A stretch of 35,112 bases of DNA from Pyrinomonadaceae bacterium (lineage in GTDB: Bacteria; Acidobacteriota; Blastocatellia; Pyrinomonadales; Pyrinomonadaceae), in assembly GCA_035758935.1 (NCBI GenBank), contig DASTVU010000672.1:1-35112 (forward strand), written 5' to 3'. Of this stretch, positions 24,345 through 31,825 are shown one piece after another. The position numbers and the translations under genes are program-made. Each line of letters starts with the position of its first letter. Position 1 is the first letter of the stretch. The notes under the pieces were generated by a model. It ran no database searches. It was not told where the DNA came from and saw only the letters and a program-made list of their open reading frames with translations.

Positions 24345-24776
24345 ATGTGGCTCGGTAAAGACGAGAAGTCTGCAGAACTGCCAATGCCTCGCCTGCTAGT
24401 CGTCGACGATGAAGAGTCAATTTGTTTTTCGATGAGCGAGTACTTTTCGTTGCAGGGTTACAAAGTCGATACCGCTTGTGAAGTAGAAGAAGCTGAGAAA
24501 CTCCTTGGGGCCACAAACTACAAAGTCGTAATCCAGGATCTCCGCCTCACGATGACCAACAATCGTGATGGTCTCGAAATGATCCGGCTGATTAGGGAAC
24601 ACAACCCGCAGACTCGTATCATCGTCTTAACCGCCTACGGTTCTGCCGAAATCGAAGATGAAGCACGACGTTGCGGCGCCGATGCATTTCTCAGGAAACC
24701 GAAACCCCTCTCACAGGTCGCCCAGGTTGTTCAGGGCCTGCTCGAATCCCCCTCAAGAACTGCCCGCCACGCTTAG
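24345..24776 (+). CDS. Stand-alone response-regulator receiver protein
   Basis: ORF 24246..24776 trimmed to ATG 24345 (alternative ATG 24384, MPRLLVVDDEE). Acidic pocket DDEE, phospho-acceptor context VVIQDLRL, LTAYG, RKP. Confidence 0.8.
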   Translation: MWLGKDEKSAELPMPRLLVVDDEESICFSMSEYFSLQGYKVDTACEVEEAEKLLGATNYKVVIQDLRLTMTNNRDGLEMIRLIREHNPQTRIIVLTAYGSAEIEDEARRCGADAFLRKPKPLSQVAQVVQGLLESPSRTARHA

Positions 24777-24778
24777 TC

Positions 24779-24885
24779 GCCACAAAAAGGCACAAAAAGC
24801 ACATAAAGGTTTTTCCGAGATTTGCTGAGGGACTGGTCTTCTCTGCTGTTTAAATATTTTGTGTTTTTTGGTGCCTTTTTGTGGC
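24779..24885. repeat. Palindromic element, GCACAAA type (56-nt loop)
   Basis: gccacaaaaaggcacaaaaagcaca (24779..24803) against tgtgttttttggtgcctttttgtggc (24860..24885). Lies between convergent stops; its last base is the first base of the dnaE2 stop codon. Confidence 0.85.
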
Positions 24886-27800
24886 TAATGAAAGTCGTGG
24901 GAAGGTGCGGCGGCTACCGCGAATGAGAGTGGCTGCACATGGCTGGCTTTTACCGAAATAACATTATCCTGATTTTGCAGATCTCCTTCGATCAAGAGAA
25001 ACGGGTGGCCTACCAGTTCAAACCGGTACTTCTCGAACAGTTGCGGAGTGACGATGATGTTGCTCACACCTGTCTCGTCCTCGAGACTCAGGAACATGAA
25101 TCCCTTCGCGGTACCCGGTCGCTGACGAACGATGACCCATCCAGCTACTTTCACAAAAGTACCATTGCGCAACTTCCGGATGTCGATTGCCCGCAGCGCC
25201 TTGAGCTTTTTCAACTCTCCACGATGATAAGCAACCGGATGTTTTCCGATCGTCAACCCTGTCCCGCGGAAATCAGCGTCCACTCGTTCAGTTAACGTCA
25301 TCTGGTGCAGCGGTGAATTGTCATCTTTTTCGAGTAACTCTTCGTATAGTTCGCCGGCCGCGCGCGTCACCCGCTCAACCTGCCACAGCGCATCGCGACG
25401 TGTAGACGTTTGAATAAAATTCAACGCGCCAACAGCAGCCAGTTTTCGCAACTCATCTCTACGCAACCACGGCACGCGATTGTGCAAATCGTCGATACCA
25501 ACGAACGCTCCAGACGCCCGCTCGTGAACAATTGCCTCGCCCGCTTGCTGGCTCAAACCTCGGACGTATCTCAACCCGAGACGGACTGCGAGTGTGGAGT
25601 CTACCTGCTTCTCGATCGTGCAGAGCCATTCAGAGCAGGTAATGTCGATCGGCAGAACCTTCAACCCGTGACGTTGCGCATCTTTAATGATGGTGAATGG
25701 CTGATAAAACCCCATCGGTTGGTTGTTGAGAATCGCGGCTGTGAATGCTGCCAGGTAGTTACATTTAAGATAGGCGCTGGCATAAGCGATCAAAGCAAAA
25801 CTGGCCGCATGCGACTCCGGAAAACCGTAAAGCGCAAACGAGCTGATCGCGAGGACGATCTCTTCCTGCGTCTTTCCCGTGATCCCATTTTTCGTCAGTC
25901 CCTGCCGCAGTTTCACTTCAATCATTTTCATGCGCGCTTCCGAACGTTTGAAACCAAACGCGCGGCGTAATTCTTCGGCCTCGCCTCCGGTAAAGCCGGC
26001 GCAGACCATGGCCATCCGCAGGAGTTGTTCCTGAAACAACGGTATTCCAAGGGTGCGTTTTAAGATGGGCTCCAGCGCAGGATGAGCATAAGTCGCCGGT
26101 TCCCTGCCCTGCCGGCGTTTGAGATAAGGATGGACCATGTTGCCGACGATTGGGCCCGGCCGAATAATTGCCACCTGGACCACGATGTCGTAGAAGTTTG
26201 TTGGTCGCAGTCGTGGCAGACACGACATCTGCGCACGGCTTTCAACCTGAAACATTCCGATCGTGTCGGCCTTTTGCAGCGCTTCATAAACTGCCGGGTC
26301 GTGTTGTGGCAGATGGGCCAGCTCAACTTCTTCGTCGTACGACTCGCGAATCAACTTGATCGAATCTTCCAGCACCGCCATCATTCCCAGTCCCAGCAAG
26401 TCGACCTTGATCAATCCCAGGTCCGCACAATCTTCTTTGTCCCATTGGACCACAACGCGACCGGGCATCGCGGCGGGCTCGAGCGGCACGACGGAATCGA
26501 GCGCTCCCTGGCAAATCACCATGCCGCCTGAATGCTGGCCCAGGTGTCGCGGTAGATCCTGTACCAGTTGATAAAGCTGGAAGAATTTTTTGATTCGCGG
26601 CTGGCGTATATCCAGACCTGCATCACGGAACTGCCGCTCGCTGGAATCGTTTGGATCTTTCCATTCCCAGGTATGGACGAGGGCCGACAGACGCGAAAGC
26701 GTGTCTTCGTCAAAGTCGAGCGCTTTTCCGACTTCGCGCGCCGCTGAACGTCCTCGATAAGTGATGACATTGGCGGTCATCGCAGCTCCCAGTTTTCCGT
26801 AGCGCTCGTAAACGTATTGAATTGCCTGCTCGCGTTTATCTCCGCTCGGCAAATCTAGATCGATGTCGGGCCATTCGCCTCTCTCTTCCGAAAGAAACCG
26901 TTCAAACAAAAGATCCATGCCGATCGGATCAACGGCAGTGATTCCCAGCGAATAACAGACAGCGCTATTTGCCGCCGAACCGCGTCCCTGAACCAGAATT
27001 CCATGGCGATTGCAGAACTTAACGATGTCCCAAACGATCAGGAAATAACCTTCCAGCTTGAGTTTTTCGATCAAGGCCAGCTCACGTTCGAGTTGAGGCC
27101 GCGCCTTTTCGTAAGTAGGCATGCCGTGCGTGCCGGTGTAGCGTGCGCGCGCGCCTTCTTCCGTGCGCTTGCGTAGAAAGGAGGTCATCGTTTCGCCACG
27201 TGGCACAGGGTATTTGGGAAACTCATAACCGAGATCTTCGAGCGTAAACTTCAGTCGCGAGGAGAGTTCAACAGTATTGGCAATCGCTTCAGGAAGATCC
27301 GCGAAGAGTTGCTCCATCATCGCGCCTGACTTCAGATGTCGTTCTGAGTTTTGTGCGAGCAGACGTCCGGCAGTTTCCAGTCGCACGTGATTGCGAATAC
27401 AGGTGAAGACGTCAGACACTTCCCGGCGTGACCGTGTCGCATAACAAACGCCGTTAGTGGCGAGTAACGGTAGATGATTGCGCCTGGCAAGCTCGATTAC
27501 CAGATGATTGCGGGCTTCCTCCTCGCGATCCAGATGCCGCTGCAGTTCCGCATACACATTTTTTTTGCCAAACAGTTCAACGAGCCAATCGATCTCGCTC
27601 TGTGCTTTAGTAGTGTTTTCCGCATCTCTGGGATTGATGGCAGTCGCAATTGGTCCATCAAAGCTTCCAGTCAAACAGATCAAACCTTTGGCGTGTGCGG
27701 CCAACTCGCCAGACGTGACTGTGCATTCACCGGGCTTTGCGTGTTTCGGCACACGCAATTTCATCAACGTGATGAGTCGACAGAGATTCTGATAACCGGT

Positions 27801-28064
27801 GCGGTTACGGACGAGGACGGGAATGGAGCAGATGCCTCGTGCGCCTGGTTTTTGAACGCTTATCTCGGCCCCGATATGCGCCTGGATGCCGTTCCTTTTT
27901 GCAGAAAGGTGAAATCGCGGTGCGCCATAAACTCCATCGCGGTCCAGCAAAGCCATCGCCGGCATCTCTAACTCGAGACCGGCAGCAATCAACTCTTCAG
28001 GCACCGAGGCGCCCTCGAGAAAACTAAAAGCCGACCGCGCATGTAGCTCAACGTAGGTGGACAT
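24885..28064 (-). CDS. dnaE2: Error-prone DNA polymerase DnaE2 (Pol III alpha paralogue)
   Basis: ORF 24885..28160 trimmed to ATG 28064 (MSTYVELHARSAFSFLEGASVPEEL, the canonical PHP-domain opening); the 32 extra codons translate the intergenic palindrome. About 1059 aa. Follows imuA and imuB. Confidence 0.95.
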   Translation of the reverse strand: MSTYVELHARSAFSFLEGASVPEELIAAGLELEMPAMALLDRDGVYGAPRFHLSAKRNGIQAHIGAEISVQKPGARGICSIPVLVRNRTGYQNLCRLITLMKLRVPKHAKPGECTVTSGELAAHAKGLICLTGSFDGPIATAINPRDAENTTKAQSEIDWLVELFGKKNVYAELQRHLDREEEARNHLVIELARRNHLPLLATNGVCYATRSRREVSDVFTCIRNHVRLETAGRLLAQNSERHLKSGAMMEQLFADLPEAIANTVELSSRLKFTLEDLGYEFPKYPVPRGETMTSFLRKRTEEGARARYTGTHGMPTYEKARPQLERELALIEKLKLEGYFLIVWDIVKFCNRHGILVQGRGSAANSAVCYSLGITAVDPIGMDLLFERFLSEERGEWPDIDLDLPSGDKREQAIQYVYERYGKLGAAMTANVITYRGRSAAREVGKALDFDEDTLSRLSALVHTWEWKDPNDSSERQFRDAGLDIRQPRIKKFFQLYQLVQDLPRHLGQHSGGMVICQGALDSVVPLEPAAMPGRVVVQWDKEDCADLGLIKVDLLGLGMMAVLEDSIKLIRESYDEEVELAHLPQHDPAVYEALQKADTIGMFQVESRAQMSCLPRLRPTNFYDIVVQVAIIRPGPIVGNMVHPYLKRRQGREPATYAHPALEPILKRTLGIPLFQEQLLRMAMVCAGFTGGEAEELRRAFGFKRSEARMKMIEVKLRQGLTKNGITGKTQEEIVLAISSFALYGFPESHAASFALIAYASAYLKCNYLAAFTAAILNNQPMGFYQPFTIIKDAQRHGLKVLPIDITCSEWLCTIEKQVDSTLAVRLGLRYVRGLSQQAGEAIVHERASGAFVGIDDLHNRVPWLRRDELRKLAAVGALNFIQTSTRRDALWQVERVTRAAGELYEELLEKDDNSPLHQMTLTERVDADFRGTGLTIGKHPVAYHRGELKKLKALRAIDIRKLRNGTFVKVAGWVIVRQRPGTAKGFMFLSLEDETGVSNIIVTPQLFEKYRFELVGHPFLLIEGDLQNQDNVISVKASHVQPLSFAVAAAPSHDFH

Positions 28065-28071
28065 TTGTACT

Positions 28072-28160
28072 TTGAGCTTGGTGCTTTGTTCTTTGTACTT
28101 TGTGTTTTGTACTTGGGGCATCACTAATACAAAGAACAAAGTACAAAGCACCAAGCTCAA
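28072..28160. repeat. Palindromic element, GTACAAA type, filling the imuB-dnaE2 spacer
   Basis: ttgagcttggtgctttgt (28072..28089) is the exact complement of acaaagcaccaagctcaa (28143..28160). Inner tttgttc/tttgtac units are permuted. The right arm overlaps the imuB stop (28157..28159); the left arm ends 8 nt before the dnaE2 ATG. Confidence 0.85.
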
Positions 28161-29455
28161 TCATAGTTTCCCTCGACAAACCAGTGCTCGGTATTCAACT
28201 CGCGATAGATGCGATAGAGAGTTCGGTGGCCCTGGCGCTCGAGCGTTACGTCCCATTCGTCTCGGGACCAACTATCGTCGCGCCACCAATCACCGGTTGT
28301 TCTCCATGGACCAGCGAGGGCGACGACTTTCCCGTAGACACTGCGTTGCTTGCCCCAGGCGCTGATCTGTGTGGGCCAACCCTGATCGGCTTCAACGATT
28401 GCCTTCAATGGCGGACGATAGCGGCGAAAGCCAAGGCATTGCTGATTGCCAATTGCCGATTGCCGCCTGGCTTTTGTCTGCAACGTGAAACGTTTCATGC
28501 TGAACGCATCCGGCCGGTGTGTATCGAGCAACACGGGTGAACCGACATTTTGCTCGCCCACGAGTTTTGCGAGTCTCGCGAGGGTCAGTTCCAGCTTGTC
28601 GGGCGCCGGCGCAAGCGGCACAAACAGTCCGTTCTGCAACACACGCGGTTTCACCGGTTCACAGGCAATTGCAACTGACGTGACGGCTGCCGCCGGTGGG
28701 TGCATTTCAGTGTCGAGCAACAACAACTTCAGAAACACTTTGTGATCGCGCATCGGGTGAGGCAAAGACAATTTGCGTTCGTGGACGGTCTGATTTTCCA
28801 GTTGCAGAGTCACGCATAGTTCATTCGTCGCGAGGGCATAAGCATTCAGCGCGGCGCAGAGTTGATGCAACAGTCGCGCAAAAATAAATGAGAGCGGCTC
28901 GAGTTCACTAAGGGCGTGATCGAGCTCGATCGAATTTGCAAAAACAGGTGGGGGTTGTTTGACCTGCAAATGTCGCTCGGTTTTGCCGGCAGCGAGTTGC
29001 TGAAGTTTTATTCCCTCTTGTCCCAGGCGTTCAGAAACGCCCGTAACCGGGAGTGCGGCAAAGTCAGCAAAGGTGCGAATGCCCCAGAGCCGCAGTGTTT
29101 CCAGAATCTGATCGGCGATTTTTTTCTCGACCTTAATCAGCGAGTAGTCGAGGTGCTCGATAGGAAACTCTCCGAGGCAGGTCAACTCCTCGCCCGGATA
29201 GACAAAGGTTATTCCTTTCAGGTGAGTGGCGGCATGGATTGCGGCATCCGGATTTGCAGCCAGGGCCACGCTGACCGGAGTTTCCGCGCGCTGAACGACT
29301 TCACTGGCGAGTTGGTAAGGAGAGCCAAATAACAACTCGCATCCTTCTACATCGATTACAACCGTCCCCTTCCCAATCTCTTCCACGATGGGTGAAAAGC
29401 CGTAAGCGAATTCCGCTAAAGAAACATCAACCGGAGAATGGATACAGGCAAACAT
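28157..29455 (-). CDS. imuB: ImuB (catalytically inactive Y-family polymerase-like mutasome subunit)
   Basis: MFACIHSP..VVIDVEGCELLFG opening. Y-family-like N-terminal half. Positioned between imuA and dnaE2. Confidence 0.9.
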   Translation of the reverse strand: MFACIHSPVDVSLAEFAYGFSPIVEEIGKGTVVIDVEGCELLFGSPYQLASEVVQRAETPVSVALAANPDAAIHAATHLKGITFVYPGEELTCLGEFPIEHLDYSLIKVEKKIADQILETLRLWGIRTFADFAALPVTGVSERLGQEGIKLQQLAAGKTERHLQVKQPPPVFANSIELDHALSELEPLSFIFARLLHQLCAALNAYALATNELCVTLQLENQTVHERKLSLPHPMRDHKVFLKLLLLDTEMHPPAAAVTSVAIACEPVKPRVLQNGLFVPLAPAPDKLELTLARLAKLVGEQNVGSPVLLDTHRPDAFSMKRFTLQTKARRQSAIGNQQCLGFRRYRPPLKAIVEADQGWPTQISAWGKQRSVYGKVVALAGPWRTTGDWWRDDSWSRDEWDVTLERQGHRTLYRIYRELNTEHWFVEGNYD

Positions 29456-29494
29456 TGATTTCGAAAATCAGCGAAAATCTTAGAAAATGATCTG
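29456..29494 (-). promoter_or_regulatory. imuA-imuB spacer with three 10-bp-phased GAAAAT units and a 6-3-6 palindrome abutting the imuB ATG
   Basis: Plus strand: GAAAAT at 29463, 29473 and 29483. tgatttcgaaaatca (29456..29470) reads TGATTT-TCG-AAATCA on the mRNA strand, directly before the ATG. No SD is present. Confidence 0.35.
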
Positions 29495-30172
29495 TCACAT
29501 CTGTGCCGCTATAAATTGACGGTCATTGCGCGAGGGATAAAGCGGACGCTGACGATTCACCCTGATCGCGTTGTGACGCAGAAGCTTTCCGCGCGACCAC
29601 TCTGCAACTCCGTTCAACTCAAGCGTTACCGCGGCGCACGAGCGAGTGCACGCTTCCTCAGAAATTACCGCCAGCACTGTTGGTCTATCCTCGACGGTGC
29701 GACGAAAGCGATACCACCACGAAGAGATAATCCGGCGCGCTTCTTTTCCTGCCACATCCCCGAGATCGAGGATCACCAACCCGAAGCCACCTGCATGTAA
29801 CAACAGATCCGCGGCCTTAAAAGCGTGTTCGAGATTGCCGGCACAACGAACCCACAGCAGTCGATCGAAATCCACGCCGCTTGCCGTTGCGGCCGTCGGC
29901 GCAAACACATCATTCGTATCAACGAGAGCACATGTCTCTTCATGCCTGGTTGCATAAGAAAGCATTGAATACATCAAGCTGGTACGTCCTGATGATGCCG
30001 GTCCAAAAATCTCACTAATGGCCCCACGCGGCAGACCGCCGGTTAAGTCGTCAATCTCATCGACACCGGTGGAAAGTGTTTCGACAACAGCCTTTTCATG
30101 AACTCTAAAGGCATCGCCAAAACGACTGGCCATATTGGCTTCGAGCTCTGTTTTTGAGAGTGCAGCTTTCAT
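29495..30172 (-). CDS. imuA: ImuA (RecA/SulA-like mutasome subunit)
   Basis: LSTGVDEIDDLTGGLPRGAISEIFGPASSGRTSL (RecA-like P-loop remnant)..LLWVRC..GGFGLVILD. First gene of the imuA-imuB-dnaE2 cassette. Alternative start at M14 (30133). Confidence 0.8.
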   Translation of the reverse strand: MKAALSKTELEANMASRFGDAFRVHEKAVVETLSTGVDEIDDLTGGLPRGAISEIFGPASSGRTSLMYSMLSYATRHEETCALVDTNDVFAPTAATASGVDFDRLLWVRCAGNLEHAFKAADLLLHAGGFGLVILDLGDVAGKEARRIISSWWYRFRRTVEDRPTVLAVISEEACTRSCAAVTLELNGVAEWSRGKLLRHNAIRVNRQRPLYPSRNDRQFIAAQM

Positions 30173-30207
30173 GATTATCGTGAGATTCTCTCAGTGCAAT
30201 CGCAACA

Positions 30208-30234
30208 TAGGTCTTATAGGACCTATAGGATCTA
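30208..30234. promoter_or_regulatory. 27-bp near-palindrome in the imuA/udgX divergent control region (candidate operator)
   Basis: TAGGTCTTATAGG-A-CCTATAGGATCTA: 11 of 13 arm positions are complementary around centre 30221. ATAGG recurs with a 9-bp period (30207, 30216, 30225). The last base is the A of the udgX ATG. Confidence 0.5.
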
Positions 30235-30869
30235 TGCCGAAAAAATCCTTCAAAAGCCCAGCAGAAGACTTAATTCCATCGCGGCCCACGCTCTCTTCGC
30301 TCAAAAACGCCGCCGCCGACTGCCAGGCCTGCGACCTCTGGAAAACCGGAACGCAGACCGTTTTTGGTGAAGGGGCCAGGCGCGTAAAAGTCATGTTTGT
30401 GGGCGAGCAGCCGGGCAACGAAGAAGATCTTTCAGGCAGACCTTTCGTCGGTCCTGCTGGTCGTTTGCTGGACGATGCACTGGAAGCAGCAGGCATCAAT
30501 CGCAAACAGACTTACGTCACCAATGTTGTCAAACATTTCAAATGGGAACCGCGCGGCAAACGCCGTATTCACAAGAAACCGAACTCCCTCGAGATCGCTT
30601 CCTGTCGTCCCTGGCTTGAGGCCGAAATCGCGCTCATCAAACCTGACGTAATCGTTGCTCTCGGCGCCACCGCCGCCCAGTCATTGCTCGGACCTCAATT
30701 TCGAGTCACCAAACAACGCGGCGAATTCATTCCCTCAACTCTTGCTCCCTATCTCATGGCTACCGTTCATCCCTCCTCAATTCTTCGTGCTCCTGACGAC
30801 GAAACCCGACGGCTCGAGTTACGACTTTTTATCGACGACCTCAAAAAACTCGCGAAGGTAATCAAGTAA
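30234..30869 (+). CDS. udgX: Family-4-like uracil-DNA glycosylase of the UdgX type (KRRIH loop)
   Basis: ORF 30135..30869 trimmed to ATG 30234. Motif A GEGARRVKVMFVGEQPGNEED, motif B ATVHPSSILR, and the insertion HFKWEPRGKRRIHKKP carrying the KRRIH signature of mycobacterial UdgX. Confidence 0.8.
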   Translation: MPKKSFKSPAEDLIPSRPTLSSLKNAAADCQACDLWKTGTQTVFGEGARRVKVMFVGEQPGNEEDLSGRPFVGPAGRLLDDALEAAGINRKQTYVTNVVKHFKWEPRGKRRIHKKPNSLEIASCRPWLEAEIALIKPDVIVALGATAAQSLLGPQFRVTKQRGEFIPSTLAPYLMATVHPSSILRAPDDETRRLELRLFIDDLKKLAKVIK

Positions 30870-31050
30870 CTCTTCTTCCCGCGCCGTGGCTTTAGCCCGG
30901 TGGTGGTGTTCAGTTGCCCTATCCAGAAGGGATTCAAAATCCGGACGATGAGGGGCCAACTGATCACCGGGCTAGGGTCACGGCGCGCGACGCGAACCGA
31001 GGCCGTAATGGTCTCCCCCGCATCACTGCGCCTCGGCTCTAAAAAACTAC

Positions 31051-31110
31051 TTGACGTCGCGCTCCATATGTTCGAGAATGTTCGCTCAATTTTCGGTTGT
31101 CAACGAAAAT
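31051..31110 (+). promoter_or_regulatory. Candidate lexA promoter with overlapping repeat motifs (candidate operators)
   Basis: TTGACG (31051..31056), 17 nt, GAGAAT (31074..31079). Direct repeat ATGTTCG at 31068 and 31078, giving GTTC-N6-GTTC, followed by GTTC-N7-TTTC. Near-palindrome ATTTTCG-GTTGTCAA-CGAAAAT (31089..31110) lies in the predicted 5' UTR. Confidence 0.45.
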
Positions 31111-31142
31111 TTATTCTGGGCGGCAAGAGGGAGAAGTTAGTT

Positions 31143-31766
31143 ATGCCAGTAACGGCCAAGCAAAAAAGAATCTTTGAGTTCATCCGGCGCTATATCGAAT
31201 CGAACCAGGAGGCACCCACCATCGCGGAGATTGGCCGGCAATTTCAGATGAGATCGTCTGCCAGCGTTCATGCTGTGCTCACGGCTCTGGAGCGAGAGGG
31301 GTTAATCAAACGCATTCCCAACGTCAGTCGGGGAATCGAAATCGTTCAACAAAAGGAAGGCGAGGGCGGCGGTGAAGGAGACAATGAAATCCCTTTACTG
31401 GGAACCGTGGCTGCGGGCCAGCCGATTGAGGCAATTCTCAGCCACGACACTATCTCCGTTCCCAAAGACATGCAGGGACACGGACGTACATTTGCTCTAC
31501 GGGTACGCGGCGAATCGATGATCGACGAAAACATCCAGGATGGCGACATCATCATCGTCTCGTCGCAAAAAACTGCTGAAAACGGACAGATGGTAGTTGC
31601 GCTTATCGATGGCAACTATGCCACGGTGAAAAAGTTTTACCGCGAGCCTGACTTTATTCGTCTCGAACCTGCTAACCCGCAGTTCAAACCGATCTTCATC
31701 AAGACTCCGGAAAGAATTCAGATCCAGGGTGTGGTGAGAGGGTTGATTCGCAGGTTTGATATGTAA
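31143..31766 (+). CDS. lexA: LexA repressor
   Basis: ORF 30900..31766 trimmed to ATG 31143 (GGGAGAAG SD). Winged HTH (KQKRIFEFIRRYIESNQEAPTIAEIGRQF). Ala-Gly cleavage site VAAGQPIEA. S24 catalytic Ser (VRGESM) and Lys (ATVKKFY). Confidence 0.92.
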   Translation: MPVTAKQKRIFEFIRRYIESNQEAPTIAEIGRQFQMRSSASVHAVLTALEREGLIKRIPNVSRGIEIVQQKEGEGGGEGDNEIPLLGTVAAGQPIEAILSHDTISVPKDMQGHGRTFALRVRGESMIDENIQDGDIIIVSSQKTAENGQMVVALIDGNYATVKKFYREPDFIRLEPANPQFKPIFIKTPERIQIQGVVRGLIRRFDM

Positions 31767-31814
31767 TCCACAGATTACACAGATTCTGTAAATCAATCTG
31801 TGTAATCTGTGGAT
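31766..31814. repeat. Palindromic element, CACAGAT type (perfect 20-nt arms)
   Basis: atccacagattacacagatt ctgtaaatc aatctgtgtaatctgtggat. Begins on the last base of the lexA stop codon. Confidence 0.92.
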
Positions 31815-31825
31815 AGAGGTTAGTT

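Noticed and set aside
28065-28160. N-terminal extensions of ORFs caused by read-through of palindromes (dnaE2 to 28160, dehydratase to 1786, DUF5990 to 5197, MATE to 15172, PEP-CTERM 1 to 21071, lexA to 30900)
   Set aside because: The extensions translate low-complexity repeat or spacer DNA. Family-typical N-termini and SD motifs occur at internal ATGs, so the shorter starts were used.
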